DNA from: Lingula anatina
Taxonomy: Eukaryota; Animalia; Brachiopoda
Length of the DNA stretch: 64,000 nucleotides
Direction: 5' to 3'
NCBI GenBank assembly: GCA_051362555.1
Contig: CM120642.1
Location: forward strand, 13,950,001 to 14,014,000
Positions 12,020-25,260 of the stretch are shown piece by piece. The position numbers and the translations under genes are program-made. Within the stretch, counting starts at the first letter, position 1. Every line of letters starts with the position of its first letter. Under the pieces are notes generated by a model. The model saw only the letters and a list, made by a program, of their open reading frames with translations. It did not search any database and had not been told where the DNA came from.

Positions 12020-13450
12020 CTTTAAATATCTTTCTCTGCCAAAAGTAAACAGTACCTGAAGCATGAAGAAAACGAGGGAGATTACTACTTGATTAAAGTA
12101 AATCGCTGCTGGGTTGGCTCCGTCACACTTAGTCCTGTATGGCTAAGGCATAGAGGTGATCCATGGAAGAAATGATGTGCGAATAACGGAGGGTTCTAAT
12201 GATCTCCAGTTATATACTGCTAAATTGATCTCATTTTAGCAACATCTAGCAGATTAATTAACTAGTTAGGCATCTCCCGTTTTACCAAGAAAATAAACAC
12301 TAAAGCACGCACGCGCTTATATACGTGTTCACATAACATTGGATGTTGCTCAGGAACTGCTATTCTGAAGAGCCTTTATGTCTGAGTAACAGAATTATCG
12401 AAGCTATGTGACTTTTCTCATTTTCCTATACATACATACTTATAGAACATGAATTTATTGATAAACATACAAGTATAATTTGAATATAGCATGATTCAAC
12501 TTTTAACCAAAGCTTTTTAAATTTTATTCATTTTTATTACATCTCTGTCCTAACCTTAACACATTCTAGAATGATTTTATTACTTATATTAGAACGATTT
12601 TATTATGTGATTTTACTTTGGGAATTTTGTGTGCGATTTTATGTCTTTTAGGTCTTTCATCCTGAGTTGGGAATAAATAAATAAGTAATAAATAAATAAA
12701 TTAATAATCGCTTTGACGGTTCAACTAAACATTAAATGTTAACTGTTACATAGGTGGTGTTCATGCAGTCATTTGCTCGTTAAGTTACAACATTCAGAGA
12801 TTTTTTAAGTATAAGGGAGCATTCTTTAACAGGCAAAAATCTCAGTGAATACGATTTTATGCTGGTTATTATCAAGAATGAGAGTCTAAAAAACAAAATG
12901 ATAAAAAAAGGAGTAAAAAATATCGTGACACAAAAGCTTTGGTGTAATCGTATTGTTTGGCTCCTTAGGGTCTGATAGTTCAGTATGTGGCAGACACCCC
13001 CATATCATGACATATTGGAAACTAAAATCATCACACTTGATTGAACGCATGCTTAGGTGTCAATTCTCAGAAAGTCTGCTCAAAAGAAGACTGGAATTTG
13101 AGTATTCTTTAGTTCAACATGTCTACACAACATGTCTACACATGTCTACACAAAGAAGGTAGCAGACTACCTGTCAAACTGCCATTATAACCGTTATACA
13201 TGTAGCACACATTTCCTTATCCTTTTCGTCATTTTAATGCGTCCTATTAGTTTGCTTATTTTATTTATTTATCTAATGGCCCAAGAAGCTACAGCGTGTA
13301 CACATTCCAGTGTTTGAAAGCTTGCGGTGCATGAAGTCAAGACATGCAATGTGGTGTTTTTGTCTTCACACAACATTTTTCTTTTTTCTAACTGCGAGAA
13401 GCCAACTTCTATCCAAACTGCCTAATCCGATCTTTTAAATGTCTAGGAAT

Positions 13451-13720
13451 GATTCCCATGCCTAGGTCGATCCAATAGGATCGGTCTAATTCTATGGGGA
13501 TTCACGCTAAATTGCTATCAACTTAAGCGGCTGTCACGCCTACAGAATCAGCTAGGGGGTAATTAACTTTCGTGCACGCTCGGCCTCCGGTAGTTAATTA
13601 CCCCCTTACAGCTTTAGTAGGCGTGACATTTAAGCCGCTTAAGTTTATAACAATTTAGTGAGGATCCCCTTGGAGATAGATCGATCCAAAGTTAGCACGA
13701 TAGTCTCTGGGAATGGTCTC
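13451..13720 (+). mobile_element. Diverged copy of the same Harbinger MITE family
   Basis: Shares TTCCCATGCCTAG, TTCACGCTAAATTG, TAATTACCCC and GATAGATCGATCC, and ends TGGGAATGGTCTC. Confidence 0.75.
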
Positions 13721-14567
13721 TAGGAATGAGATATTGGAAATGACCCTTATCTTCTCAATTGCAACACATTCAGCAGCCAAAAAGCTTGTCCTTTCTATAT
13801 GCTCAGTGGTAAATTTATCACCTTTTAAAAATCAATATGAAAACACCGAGACAAATCAGTTATGTTTCCCTCTCTCGTCTTCGCTTTCCTGTGCGTGGAA
13901 AATGCCCATGATATTAAATATGAGTTGCCATAACGCCTTCTGATAAGTGACCATTACCTTTTTGGCATTTCGCGTACACTAATGTCTATGGCTATTAAAA
14001 ATCCTAGCAAAAATTATAGCTGACTTCGTCTGATGATCTAAATTCTCTGTTGAACCCAATTCCCCCTTCTTTTTTAAATTTGGTTTGCTGTTGGATTCAA
14101 CTCTGATTTTATACAACTGAATTCTGTAAAGCTTGCACCGTGCAACCGTCTTAAGCCACGTTATTCAATTTCAACTTCATATACTGTTGGTATATAACAT
14201 TCGTACACACAAAATATTCGGTCGAAATCTGTTTGTAGAAGGTCGTTGATGCTTTTTGATCACCCACTGAGAACCCCCACCTGTAGTGCAGGAGGAGACT
14301 GAATCTGAACAGAGTTGCCAATCTCACCCGGTTTACCCAGGGTTTTTGGCTTTGAGACCGGGTCACAACCAGTTGCATGCGAAACATTTTCTGTACATGG
14401 CAGCAAGTGTTTCGTGTTAATCTGCCAGTTAGTAGATTCTATTAATGAGTCAAGGGTAAAACAAGGGCAGAAGAGAACGAGGGGCGTACTTTCACAGGAA
14501 TCAAGGTTCGTGGCTAATACGTGGGCGATGGCAAGTCTGAAGAGAACAGCATCAATTCAGGGTATAA

Positions 14568-14821
14568 GGGCTCGTTCCCACTGAAATTAGTACTACGTAG
14601 GTGGAGATCCATCCAACTCCGCTGGGACTCAATACAATCAGATAAGTAGATTAACACACCTCCTCCTGGCTTTGAATAGAGTACAGAAAAGCTAAAGATA
14701 ATACGAGGACGATGGAAACAAGAAGTGGCGTGTTAATCTGTCAGTCTGATTGCACTCAGTGGGAGTCCCCGGCCAGTTGGATCGACCTACGTAGAACGAT
14801 AATTTTATTGGGAATGAGTCC
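14568..14821. mobile_element. Related palindromic Harbinger MITE
   Basis: TAA|GGGCTCGTTCCCA...TGGGAATGAGTCC|TAA, with internal inverted arms (CTACGTAGGT / ACCTACGTAG; AGATTAACAC / GTGTTAATCT). Confidence 0.7.
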
Positions 14822-14927
14822 TAAAGCTGAAGAAAAAAATATGATTCACAAAAATCACAAAAATGTTAAATAGGATTTTCTGTGAATTTTCAAATGCAGG
14901 GATTTCTGTAGAATTGCAGTAAATTAA

Positions 14928-15152
14928 GGGTGTATTCCCAGAGATTTAGATCGATCCAGAGATTAAGATTTAGATCGACCTAACTCCCTGGGGGTTCACG
15001 ATAAATTGCAGTCAGCCGAGCGCGCACCATAGTTAATTACCCCCTTACAGCTTTCAGTAGGCGGGACAGACGCTTAAGCCGGCTAAGCTGACAGTAATCT
15101 AGTGAGACTCCCCACAGGGATAGATCGATCTAAAATCTATGGAAATGGGGTC
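14928..15152 (+). mobile_element. PIF/Harbinger MITE copy
   Basis: TAA target-site duplication; nearly identical to 8953-9177. Confidence 0.85.
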
Positions 15153-15697
15153 TAAGTGCCTGAAATAACACTAACTGTGCTTTCCTCTTTTATGTAAAAA
15201 TAAAAGTAAGCTTGTTAGGGACCAGAAATGGGGTAGACGTTGCCTTTCTTTAGTACAATTGTATAACTTGTCAGGGATTTTTCTAATATATATAAAAAGG
15301 CAATATTTATCCATGCATAAATTAGCATAGTTATAAGAGGATGACGTGATCGGGCAATCATCCTTTAGTGATGACGTCATCGGTCAAGATTTTTTGTTTA
15401 TCAGACATCGCTTACCGGATATCAGATCGTTTCCTATACTTATTTTAGACCTATAATAATAGTATAGTTTTGATGAAACGTAGTTTGCTATAGCCTCGCT
15501 ACCTAATCAAAGAAGTGGATATGCTTGTGAAAACCAAATGTAAACTATATGTTTCATGTTTATTGACCATTTCATAAAAAAGCCTTTCCTGTGATCACCA
15601 AAGTTTTTGTTGCAGTGATTTTCACGCGCTTCTGGCTTCAAGTTGTCATTTCTAGAAACTTGATAATATGTGCGTGTATACCCACTCCATTACATTG

Positions 15698-15700
<3 letters not shown>

Positions 15701-15745
<45 letters not shown>
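15701..15745. repeat. (GA)n microsatellite
   Basis: Direct observation. Confidence 0.95.
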
Positions 15746-15748
<3 letters not shown>

Positions 15749-18700
15749 ACAAAATTTCTAATACATTTATATTATGAAAAACGTAAGCAGCCGTAATGTT
15801 TAATGTTTGGTACATGAATGCTTCCGTGAGAGAACTTATCATGTCACTGTTATGCACAAGAATGTCAGCTACAGGCTCGATCTTTGGCAAAAATTGTGTC
15901 GGCTTATGGTAATTAACTTAATATTCCTTACTATCATAATTGGCTGACGCTTGTTAAAGTCTTTTGTAAAATGCGTGAGATGCACTTTTCATTTAAGTAA
16001 AATGATTAAAACAATTGCGCATTTGTTATTTGCATTATGTCAACATTTCAACCCCAAAATAATGCATAAAATTTGCCCTCGACACCGACATTTTTTTTTT
16101 CGTTTTACAAATTGTGGCACCACTTTTATCCGTGATAGATACAGTTGCAGAAAAGTTTTGATTTTCCCCTTATTTTGAAAACAAGTAACACACGCGTCCT
16201 TACCTTCCATATCCTCTGAAAAAAGTCAATTCAGTTTAATCACAAATTACGATCTATTTTGACAAAACTCGCCAGCTATCTATCAAACATTTATTCTTTT
16301 TGGACACACTAAGAAATCAAACAGATATGGATAGCTTCAGTCATATATGCATCTGATGAGTTGCGTTCTTATTAAACAAAAATTCCATATGCATATTTAA
16401 TTCTTCAATATGCCTCACCTATGTATATTCTCCTTTTGGGGTCAGTTCACAGCTAATTTAGACAGTTATGGACCGATCCATTGATAATTAACGTGTTGAA
16501 ACTGTTAATTGTCATGGAATTGCTTATCACGCTATTCGAATACACTGCGGGTTGTTTTATTATACCCAATGGTTAACCTGCGTCTATGCGTGGCGGGTAG
16601 GTGACGGTAACCTGTGAGTCCACTGGCAATATTCACTTCAGCACGATGTTTTAGATTAAATGCTGTTCACGATATTATCAGAATGGGATGTACACAATTG
16701 CGCCTAATAATCAAAATACTTCGCGCGATTTAAAATGAATTGGATACAAAATCGTTTTTATTCAATGATGCTTGAAAAACCAGGATCTTTAAAATAGGTA
16801 TTTTATATCAATCCAAAGTCCAGCCGGCACGCAGTGAAATACTAGAGTACAAGCTCTGATCTAGACAAATTAAATTTGAATGACTGTTTTTCATTATTAT
16901 TATTATAATAATAATTATTATTATTATTACAGAAGGATAACATAATATCAAAAGGTTCATGTAGCCGGTAAGAGTATACCGCGGAGTTGCTATTTTAACC
17001 TTGGAAAAGTATTTTTCTGCGTCGTGTTCTTTATAATCCAAATAAACAAAGAGAGGTAATAAATGACTTACCTTACAAGGAATATTCACGCTATACTTGA
17101 TTGTACAATCTGGTGCGGTTTCCAAGATGTCAAAACAATTGCCTCTCTTCTTTTTGAAAAGATCAATGAAAAGATGCAAACTTCCACTTCCAAACGGCGA
17201 GCCTTTAACAGCTTCTAAAGCGATGGTACCTATACCCCTGACTTTCAATGTACAATTGTAATGCGTATGTTTGTTGTGAGCCGTCAGGTTGCCATGCCTA
17301 AATGTAATCTGTACATCCGTTATTGGCCGATATCTTCACTTTGAGGTGCTTCCTGTCACTCTGAACATCACCCAGGCCAGTGCAGCCTTATACGCATTGT
17401 TACACGGACGAAAATAACTGGAGGTGGGCGTGCCCAGTAAGAAGCAGTTGCTTTTGATTGAACAGCATGCGGATGATCGAAGATTCCTTTGAACAGCCAC
17501 GCTGTTCGATTTCGAGTAGAATTCATTCAGACAGTCACGCTCGTTTCTAAGCACGCTTGTCAAGGCGTCAGTTCCTTTGGCGCGCTGAAAACCTAGGGAT
17601 TGTCTCAGTATTCATATATATATTTTTTTCGCTAAACTTATAATGATAATTATGATAATAATAATAATAATTCATTCAGACTGTCTCACCACTGGCGGGT
17701 GGCCTTAACAGAATTCTCCACGCTTGGCGGTATTATGCACCTTGTGTCCATGTATTGCGAAACTCAGGAAAACTTTGAAAAAATTCATAACATTTAATGA
17801 GTAGCTATGCATAGACGCAATACTGAATGGTTATGCGAGACTGTTACTAGTATTACTAACTAAGTTTACCTGTAATTTTCAAAATCAGAATGAAGATATT
17901 AATTGTTGGCATACTACACATTTATCCAACACAAATTGGCACTTATGAAAATTATAAACCGCAAGCGCGTTTCTACTTTGTTCCTTTCTTTGATGTCTAG
18001 TAAATACACAATGGACAGAAACGTAATAAAGTCGTTTTTTACTGAAGCCGAGGACGAGTTGTGAGATTTCAAACGTTTATTCAACGCTTTACTTTCCATA
18101 CAAATAAAAGGATATTTATGCCCTACTTTTCCGCACAGATCACACATTTACTTATTTCCTTTACATCATCTCTTGCGTGATTACAACAATCTTTTATTTT
18201 TATCTGTCATTCAATATTTGTCAATAAAACTATTTCTGTGATCCTTGTTTACGTCTCTCACAGTTAAATGTGTCTTGGATATTATTTCTGTTACATAATA
18301 TTTGGAAAGTGCCCGATGTCATAGGAATTTACTTTTGAAATAGCCAACGCCAGATCCCTAGGCTTATACAACCTGTTTTCTCTTGGCCTTCATGTGGATC
18401 CGGTTATGATATTTACGATATGCATATAAATAAATTGCCTACTTAATTGGTGCGGACAAAAAGACAGACACACTATCAGATCAGGCAATCTCAGTAGCTC
18501 TCCGACTTCACAACAAGGTGTTAATGTGTTCATCATGATATTCCAGTCCTTTCCAATTTGTATTCATATCTAGAGGTTCTGAATGACAAATTTGGAACCA
18601 GGTGATAAAAAATTGTCCAGGAACACGTACGCCACTCCATGGGAAGAGTCATGGGAGGATTGGGCACACTACTTCTGTATACATTCGTATAGGTTTAGCC

Positions 18701-19803
18701 TTTATTAGAAAAAAAAAATAAATCTGGGGACAGCCCAGACGATACAAAAGCCTCTTCTGTTCGCACCCACATGTGCAGCTAGTGTTATCGAAATTTACTT
18801 CTTGGGTCCTAAAATGGGGAAGCTAATATTGTGGATAAGGTAATTGTTTGAAGACAAGTATGTGCGTAAAATGTTACGTGTACACAGATATAACAAATGT
18901 CTTTGAAACAAAGCATCGGTGACTACCTAACGACGGCTAATCAGATCTTATCACTTCCACAATGACATCTCAAAATTACAAGTGTTTTCAGGTTCACATT
19001 AAGTCTAGTTGGGGGGAATGTGATTATCAGATATTTACGCGGAAAATGGCAGGTTTGGACACTTTATAGAGTTCAGTTTGGCAAACGCTTCACTTATTCC
19101 AAAGACAAATGGTTCTGCTCGGGCGGTGATCACAGCACTTAGATAAAGTCTAGCAGATGGGAGGAACCCAAGTAGTCTGCATCGTTTTCCACCAATTATC
19201 GTTAGAATGCTATTGAAAATGTATCAAAATGTTGTTGTGCTAATTTAGACATTGTCAGATTTCCCAATGAAAATCAAGGAAAAAACAGAAAGAAAAAAAT
19301 CACCGAACCGAATAAATAACCAAAGAATACTTTAAGATATTCGATTGTGTCAAAACATAGCACTTTCATATTTAACTAATTGACAAAATGTTTAAAGTGT
19401 TGTCCAGTTAAGCATGCTCTTTAGCATGTTCAGATCAAATCCAATATGTATTTTGTTCAGAAAATGTTGAAAGTTTGTCGATTTTGTCTGGTTTTACATG
19501 TGATTTATCTAAATGACCGATAAGACCATTGGGAATAGATCTAATTTCCCCCTCTTACTCTGTCCCACGCATGTCGGCACTTGACACGTCTATAATATAA
19601 GAAACATCAATATCTTGTCTTAATAAAGACGAAAACAACGTGGGTACTGTTACCATCACTTCTGGCAGTGCAGATGCTTTCTTACTTTCTGCTCTCTCTA
19701 GAATGTAGAAACGTTAATTATCTACAATTACAATGGATTTCGAATATACAATAAATATATATTGTATACATGTATATTCGAAAATCGTTTTATCAACGCG
19801 TTA

Positions 19804-19840
<37 letters not shown>

Positions 19841-22329
19841 GAAACTGGAACTTCAGAGAAGTATTCCGAGTACGTATTGTATAATTGCGTGTTCAATTAT
19901 ATTGATATTTCAGCGTTAAAATCTTATTGTTCGTAATAACTTCATCTGAAGACATTATCTCTGTATCATGTAACACAAATTAACAGACGTGTGAGATGTG
20001 ATATATGAAATAAGTATTCATTTTCAGGTGGTTATCCAATACGTGTTTAATTAAAATAACAATTCTCCATCTTAGATCCAACGAATGGTCCGTATGTTTC
20101 TCTGTTACCGTGGATATCTCATTTGGCCTGTCCAGGCCATAAGCACACATATGTTCAGAGAATAAAACCGCTGATACATCTAACGGCAACTAGCAATGAA
20201 AAAAGGCATAGGAACGGCATTTTTGATGTTGAATCAGCAAAACAAATGCGTTTTGTCATTTGCAATCCGATAGTTTTACGCTTTATTTTGTCCAAGGTAA
20301 TAGAGACATTAGATTGCTTGAGCTTAATTCCGCCTACAAAGGACTGCGTGATCCATGAAACAGAAAGCAAAGTTGAATTATACAGGTTAAACTATCCTGT
20401 TCCAATATTGCGGGATAAATCCCTTAAGTTGTTTGCTTAAATGTATACACTAGGTCTAGCTTAATTGAATGAAAATGCGTATGGACTAGTTTTCATATTC
20501 CTTCAACGAGATCGGTCTCCGGCTTTTTGTGTTTCAAATACTATGCCCCATCACCTTTTCCGTGTAATTCCTCGTGTTTCAGCTAAAAAGGGGCAGTCAT
20601 ATGGATTGCTATAATCAATTTTCTAACAAGTTACTGACTCTTTTTACAGTGTTTTTTTTTCTGCAGTGCGATTGTTTAAAAATAAAAAATTCTTGACTAT
20701 TATGGTATTATATTCTTTTATTTAGCTTCAGTTTCTTAAAAATAACAGATTGTTTTTGATGCTATTTCCTCCTTTATTCTATCATTAAGTATACAAGTCA
20801 GTTTTAACATATATCCCTTAATTTCATTTATCTTTCATCGTAAATAAATTCAGATACGAAACATGTCTGGGCGATTTTTTCTGTAAATTGAGTCACGATA
20901 TATATAGATTTGTACAAGTCTATCACATCAACCTCAAAAAAAGTATCTTTTTTCAATGATGGTACTTAACTAGCTATCAATTGAAGCATTCCCATTTAGA
21001 CAAAAAGTGTGTTATTTATTATTACTGCCAGTTTCTTATTAATTTCTATTAATCCCTTGCCAGTCTGGAAGGGGTCAATATCAAGCAGATTTCCCCGATT
21101 CAAGATATAGTGCCAAATCTGACATCCAAAAATTACAATCCCATAAGGTGACTTCTTTTTTAAAGTGTTTTGCCGTCTGACATAATGGCGTTTTCTTAAA
21201 CCAATCAGAAGCATTAACCCAACGAGAAACATGAATCTAACCGGAAGCAGACACGAGTCAGGACAGGTGATCCTTATAACAAATGAAAAAAAAGGTGTGG
21301 GAATAGAATACCTCATGACAATTAATGACTATTGAATCTCAAGACATTAAACTTCAAAGCATTAGAGCATACCACTGTCACTTCTATATCATTGAATAAA
21401 CGTGTTACGCCATCTTGAAGCACTTGTTGTGAAATGGCCATAATTCAGGACCCAATTGCTGGCCCTTTAGTATGTGTTATACGGGGTCATAATGTGGCCC
21501 CTCTAGCACATGCTATAAAAGGGACATAATGCGGATTCCTTTGGGCTTTGTAGAGATCTTCGTAGTAGATGCTGTCGGGGTCCATAAAGCACAGCCTGAG
21601 ATTTAGAGGAAACTTGGAACTCACTGCTCTACCGTCTGCATTTTGAAAATGGTTGAGCCATTCTGACAGCAGAGAGATGAGTTCCCAGTGTCGCTCAAAA
21701 CTCAGGGTGGTGAAGGGGAACCGTAGCATACGACTTATAAATGCCCTTGTGTCTAGCCTGTGACATACATTATTAATAACCCTGTGTTTCTGGCTACTTT
21801 TTCTACCAGCTTTATTTGTCACTACCAATCTTCCTTCTTGATATCCTACATAAGCCACTGTATGGATACGTGTATCCTAGGCCATGTAAGGGCGTGGCAG
21901 GCTAATGATGAACTTTCTCTTCTAGAATAAAAGTCTTGCACTCGAAATGGGGTAGATAACGTTTTTATCAAAGTGCATCGATTTTTTAATGATACTCGTT
22001 TTTTGAGTTCCACTACCGTATGAAATGACAAGGTTGTAGTTGTAAATTTTTGATTCCATTGCTCTATAGATTATAAGAAACCGTCATATTTCCGCTATGA
22101 GGATGCAAAACTGTGTACCTCAAAAGGCTTGTCTTCACAAGCAAAGGTGCATTGGGATAGAGTTTTACTGGGCTCCGTTTCTCTTCTTGGCAAAGCTCGC
22201 TTTGTCTGGAAGTTATCGGGTAACTGATACTGATAATCACTTGTGCATGATGTTGCTGTGACAAAAATATACTACCAGAAACCGCACGTTGGCCAAATTG
22301 TGCATTTCTGGAAAATCTATATTTACTCC

Positions 22330-22487
22330 TGAGGGGCGGATCTAGGATTACTAAAAGGGGGGTGGGGGGTCCGCCGATACAATTTCGACCCTTATTCCCC
22401 CTTAGCGTCGGATTCAGGGCCTGCTGAAGGGCATAGAAAAATTTTGGTATAACAGAAACCCCTCACACCCCCCTAAATTTGCTACTG
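22330..22487. mobile_element. Degenerate hAT-like MITE (AGGGGCGGATCTAG-type end)
   Basis: Starts AGGGGCGGATCTAGGA with a G-run and ends with a C-run plus TAAATTTGCTACTG (decayed reverse TIR). Confidence 0.45.
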
Positions 22488-22824
22488 CTCCTCAGAGCCA
22501 AATGCTCTCAGGCTACTTGTTTTCTATGGACTTGATTGGATGAGGGCAAATGATTAATATCCTGTTTACCACAACAGCAATTAATGAAGAGATTATTAAA
22601 AAAATGTGGACGGTTCGCACCTTTCTGCTACATAACATTCATTAAAATCAACCTGTTTCACAACGACACCAAGTGATTAACGAAGCCGTTAGATATGTAC
22701 TTTTAATAATGTAAGATTATTTATTAGGGACAGGTTTGTAGTTACTTTTATATTGGTGGCAATCAGAGAATCCATGGTAACTGAGTGAGAGAAAGACACA
22801 ATTGCTGAATTTATACCTAAACAA

Positions 22825-23813
22825 CACTGAGAATAAAATTGGGGTCATTTGACTCTCTAGTCAGAGTCCAGCACCCCTTGACCCTCATGGAGTTAATTTG
22901 ACTCCTATATAAGGGTCAAATTACCCCACTACCAGAGCTTTAGACTCTCTTATCAGAGTCAATCACCCCCTGGCTCTCATGGAGTCAATCTGACTCTAAA
23001 ATCAGAGTCAAATTACAGGGGGCCAGTGTCTGGCTGACCCCTTTCACCGATTCTTTTCGCTCGCTGGACAGTAAGCCTCCTTTCATTACTTGTGATGGCA
23101 GTGAGCAGACGGCGTGGAGAGAACAGTTTTCATCATCCTTTGTCAGTATAAACATTACTTTATTGGCCATAGTTGGTTTTATGCATTAAACAAGTGGTTT
23201 TCTGTGTGTTTCTGAATGCAGAACTCGTGCACTTATTACTGGCCCGGGCTTTCAGTTGCCAAACCCTTTATGTGATATGTTGGTATACAGGTCAGCAGGT
23301 TTTGTTTCCAGGTTGTAGGTTTGACCCACCAGTGCATGTAACTGGGGAGGTATGCTCATTCATTGGTTTATTTGTGGTATATATATGTCATACTGTTTAT
23401 AACGAGATTTATAAACTGTTTGTTATTGCTATTGCAAAATCATATGTGACCGGATGACCTAGTGGTTAGAGTGTTAGCCTCCGGGACGGGAGGACGTGGA
23501 TTCGAGCCCGCCCGGAGACATACCAGTATTTAATAAATGGTATCTTCTCTCTCCCCCCTTGACACTATTGTAATTGTTTTTATTAATTTGCCAAGGAGTC
23601 AAAAATTCCTTAATATGGGGTCATGGTGACTCTTTTGTAGAGATAAATCAAGGGATGAAGGGATGTGTGAATGGAGTCAATTGTAACCCTCCTGTGGGGT
23701 CTGGGATGGCGTTACTCCATCGGAGTCAACTTGACTCCAATTGGGAGTTATTTTAGGCACCACTGCTGGACTCCAAGTTTGGAGTTACTTGGACTCCGTT
23801 TTTATTCTCACTG
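22825..23813. mobile_element. Non-autonomous EnSpm/CACTA-like element with GAGTC/GACTC subterminal repeats and a nested SINE
   Basis: TIR CACTGAGAATAAAA...TTTTATTCTCACTG. Dense GAGTCAA/TTGACTC repeats in both ~200-bp ends. Confidence 0.65.
23447..23566 (+). mobile_element. 3'-truncated tRNA-derived Meta-like SINE
   Basis: A-box-like TGACCTAGTGG and B-box-like GGATTCGAGCCC, followed by CATACCAGTATTTAATAAATGGTA; homologous to the 6520-6812 SINE. Confidence 0.65.
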
Positions 23814-24151
23814 TAATGCCAGACGACAGCACTGAGCACTAACACCAAATGACAGAGCAAAAAGTTACGTAGTGAGGAAACAATCTGGTTTTGGATGGAT
23901 GGAAAAACTTGGTGCCCTAATTGCATATATATAAATTTGATGTTATTTATTAGGGAAAGTTTGTGGCTACTTTTATATTGGAGAGAATCAGAGACTCCAT
24001 GGGTTTTGCCTTAATAGGCAGTTTCTCTCCCTTTGGATTTTAAGCACGTTCCCCCTATCAACATGAGTAGTCATCAAGCTTTAGTTATTAAACTTTATTT
24101 TTTGCAGTCTCCTACAATTCACGTCGATCAAAGTAAACAAAAGTTTTCTAA

Positions 24152-24184
<33 letters not shown>

Positions 24185-24199
24185 TCACCACAAAAACTG

Positions 24200-25260
24200 T
24201 TTACAAATGCACATAAAAACCTAAACTACACAGATAAACTAATATAATAGTAATTAAAACTAAAATTAAAAGATACAAGTTAACCAGAATAGTCTTTAAA
24301 TAAAAAGTTTTTAGATTCTTTTTAAAACAATGATAAGAGTCATAAAAAGGCACATTTGATTTGTTAATAAAATTGGACCATTAAATTAGTGCAGCAGTGC
24401 CTAAATTCCTTCGACCATATGTTTTAAGAGTCCCTCTTGAATCATTTCATTAAAGTAGAAATGACCACTGTATCGAAGAGGTCTAATGGGTGTTTAAAGT
24501 TAGGCCTGTAGCCAGCAATTTCAAAAGGGGGGTTCTTTTTCTGAAAAAGTGGACCTTTTTCCATAAAAAACTTCATGAACCTAGATCGAATTTTACCCAG
24601 AGTGGACCTTTTCCCACCAAAAGGGGCGGTTCTTTCGAACCCCCCGAACACCCCTTTGGCTACGGGCCTGAAAGTTCTAGTACATAGTTCATGTAAAATA
24701 GACCCTTCATGTAAAAACCTTTATAAATTTTAAAATTCAAGAGTAATATCCTATAGACAATTCCTTGAGACACGAGTACCCAATGAAGATCACGGAGAAC
24801 AGGGGTGTAAGGTCCGATTTCTGAGTTTTACGGAGGAAATGAGCTGCTAAATTCTGAAAAGACTGAGGTTGTTCTATCTTATAATAAGGTATTACAAAAA
24901 AAGAGGCTATTGCAATAATCGAGTCTAGAAGTCACAAATGCATGGACGAGTAGCTCTGTTTGCTTGCTGTCAATCAGATGAAGAATCTTAAATATTCGTT
25001 GCAGATTAAATGTGTTGATTTACACATTTTGTTAATGTGTGTTGTCATGTCACATTTGTTGTTAAAAACTACACCCAGGTTTCTATTTCCTGTGGTTGTT
25101 TTGATAACAGAATCTCCAACTTTGATACTATCTTGTACGGTGCTGGTCTTTGGAAAACTTAGAGTTGAACGGACCAATTTAGTTTTATCAGCTTTAAAGA
25201 TTAAGAACATGTAGTTGGACTTGAGCCAAGATCTAAGTTCACAAAAGCCCCTTTACATCT
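24200..25260 (-). mobile_element. L2-clade LINE 3' fragment (RT C-terminus)
   Basis: Minus-strand ELLVHAFVTSRLDYCNSL and RNLGVVFNNKCDMTTHINKMCKS are diagnostic L2 ORF2 motifs. Many stops and frameshifts. Confidence 0.85.
24501..24670. mobile_element. hAT-like MITE inserted in the L2 fragment
   Basis: TIR AGGCCTGTAGCCA...TGGCTACGGGCCTG. No clean TSD visible. Confidence 0.55.

Noticed and set aside
20996-22264. Cluster of minus-strand ORFs
   Set aside because: No recognisable motifs or consistent splice chain; possibly decayed repeat, but not supportable.
23447-23520. tRNA gene
   Set aside because: No acceptor stem or clean cloverleaf; it continues into a SINE central domain.
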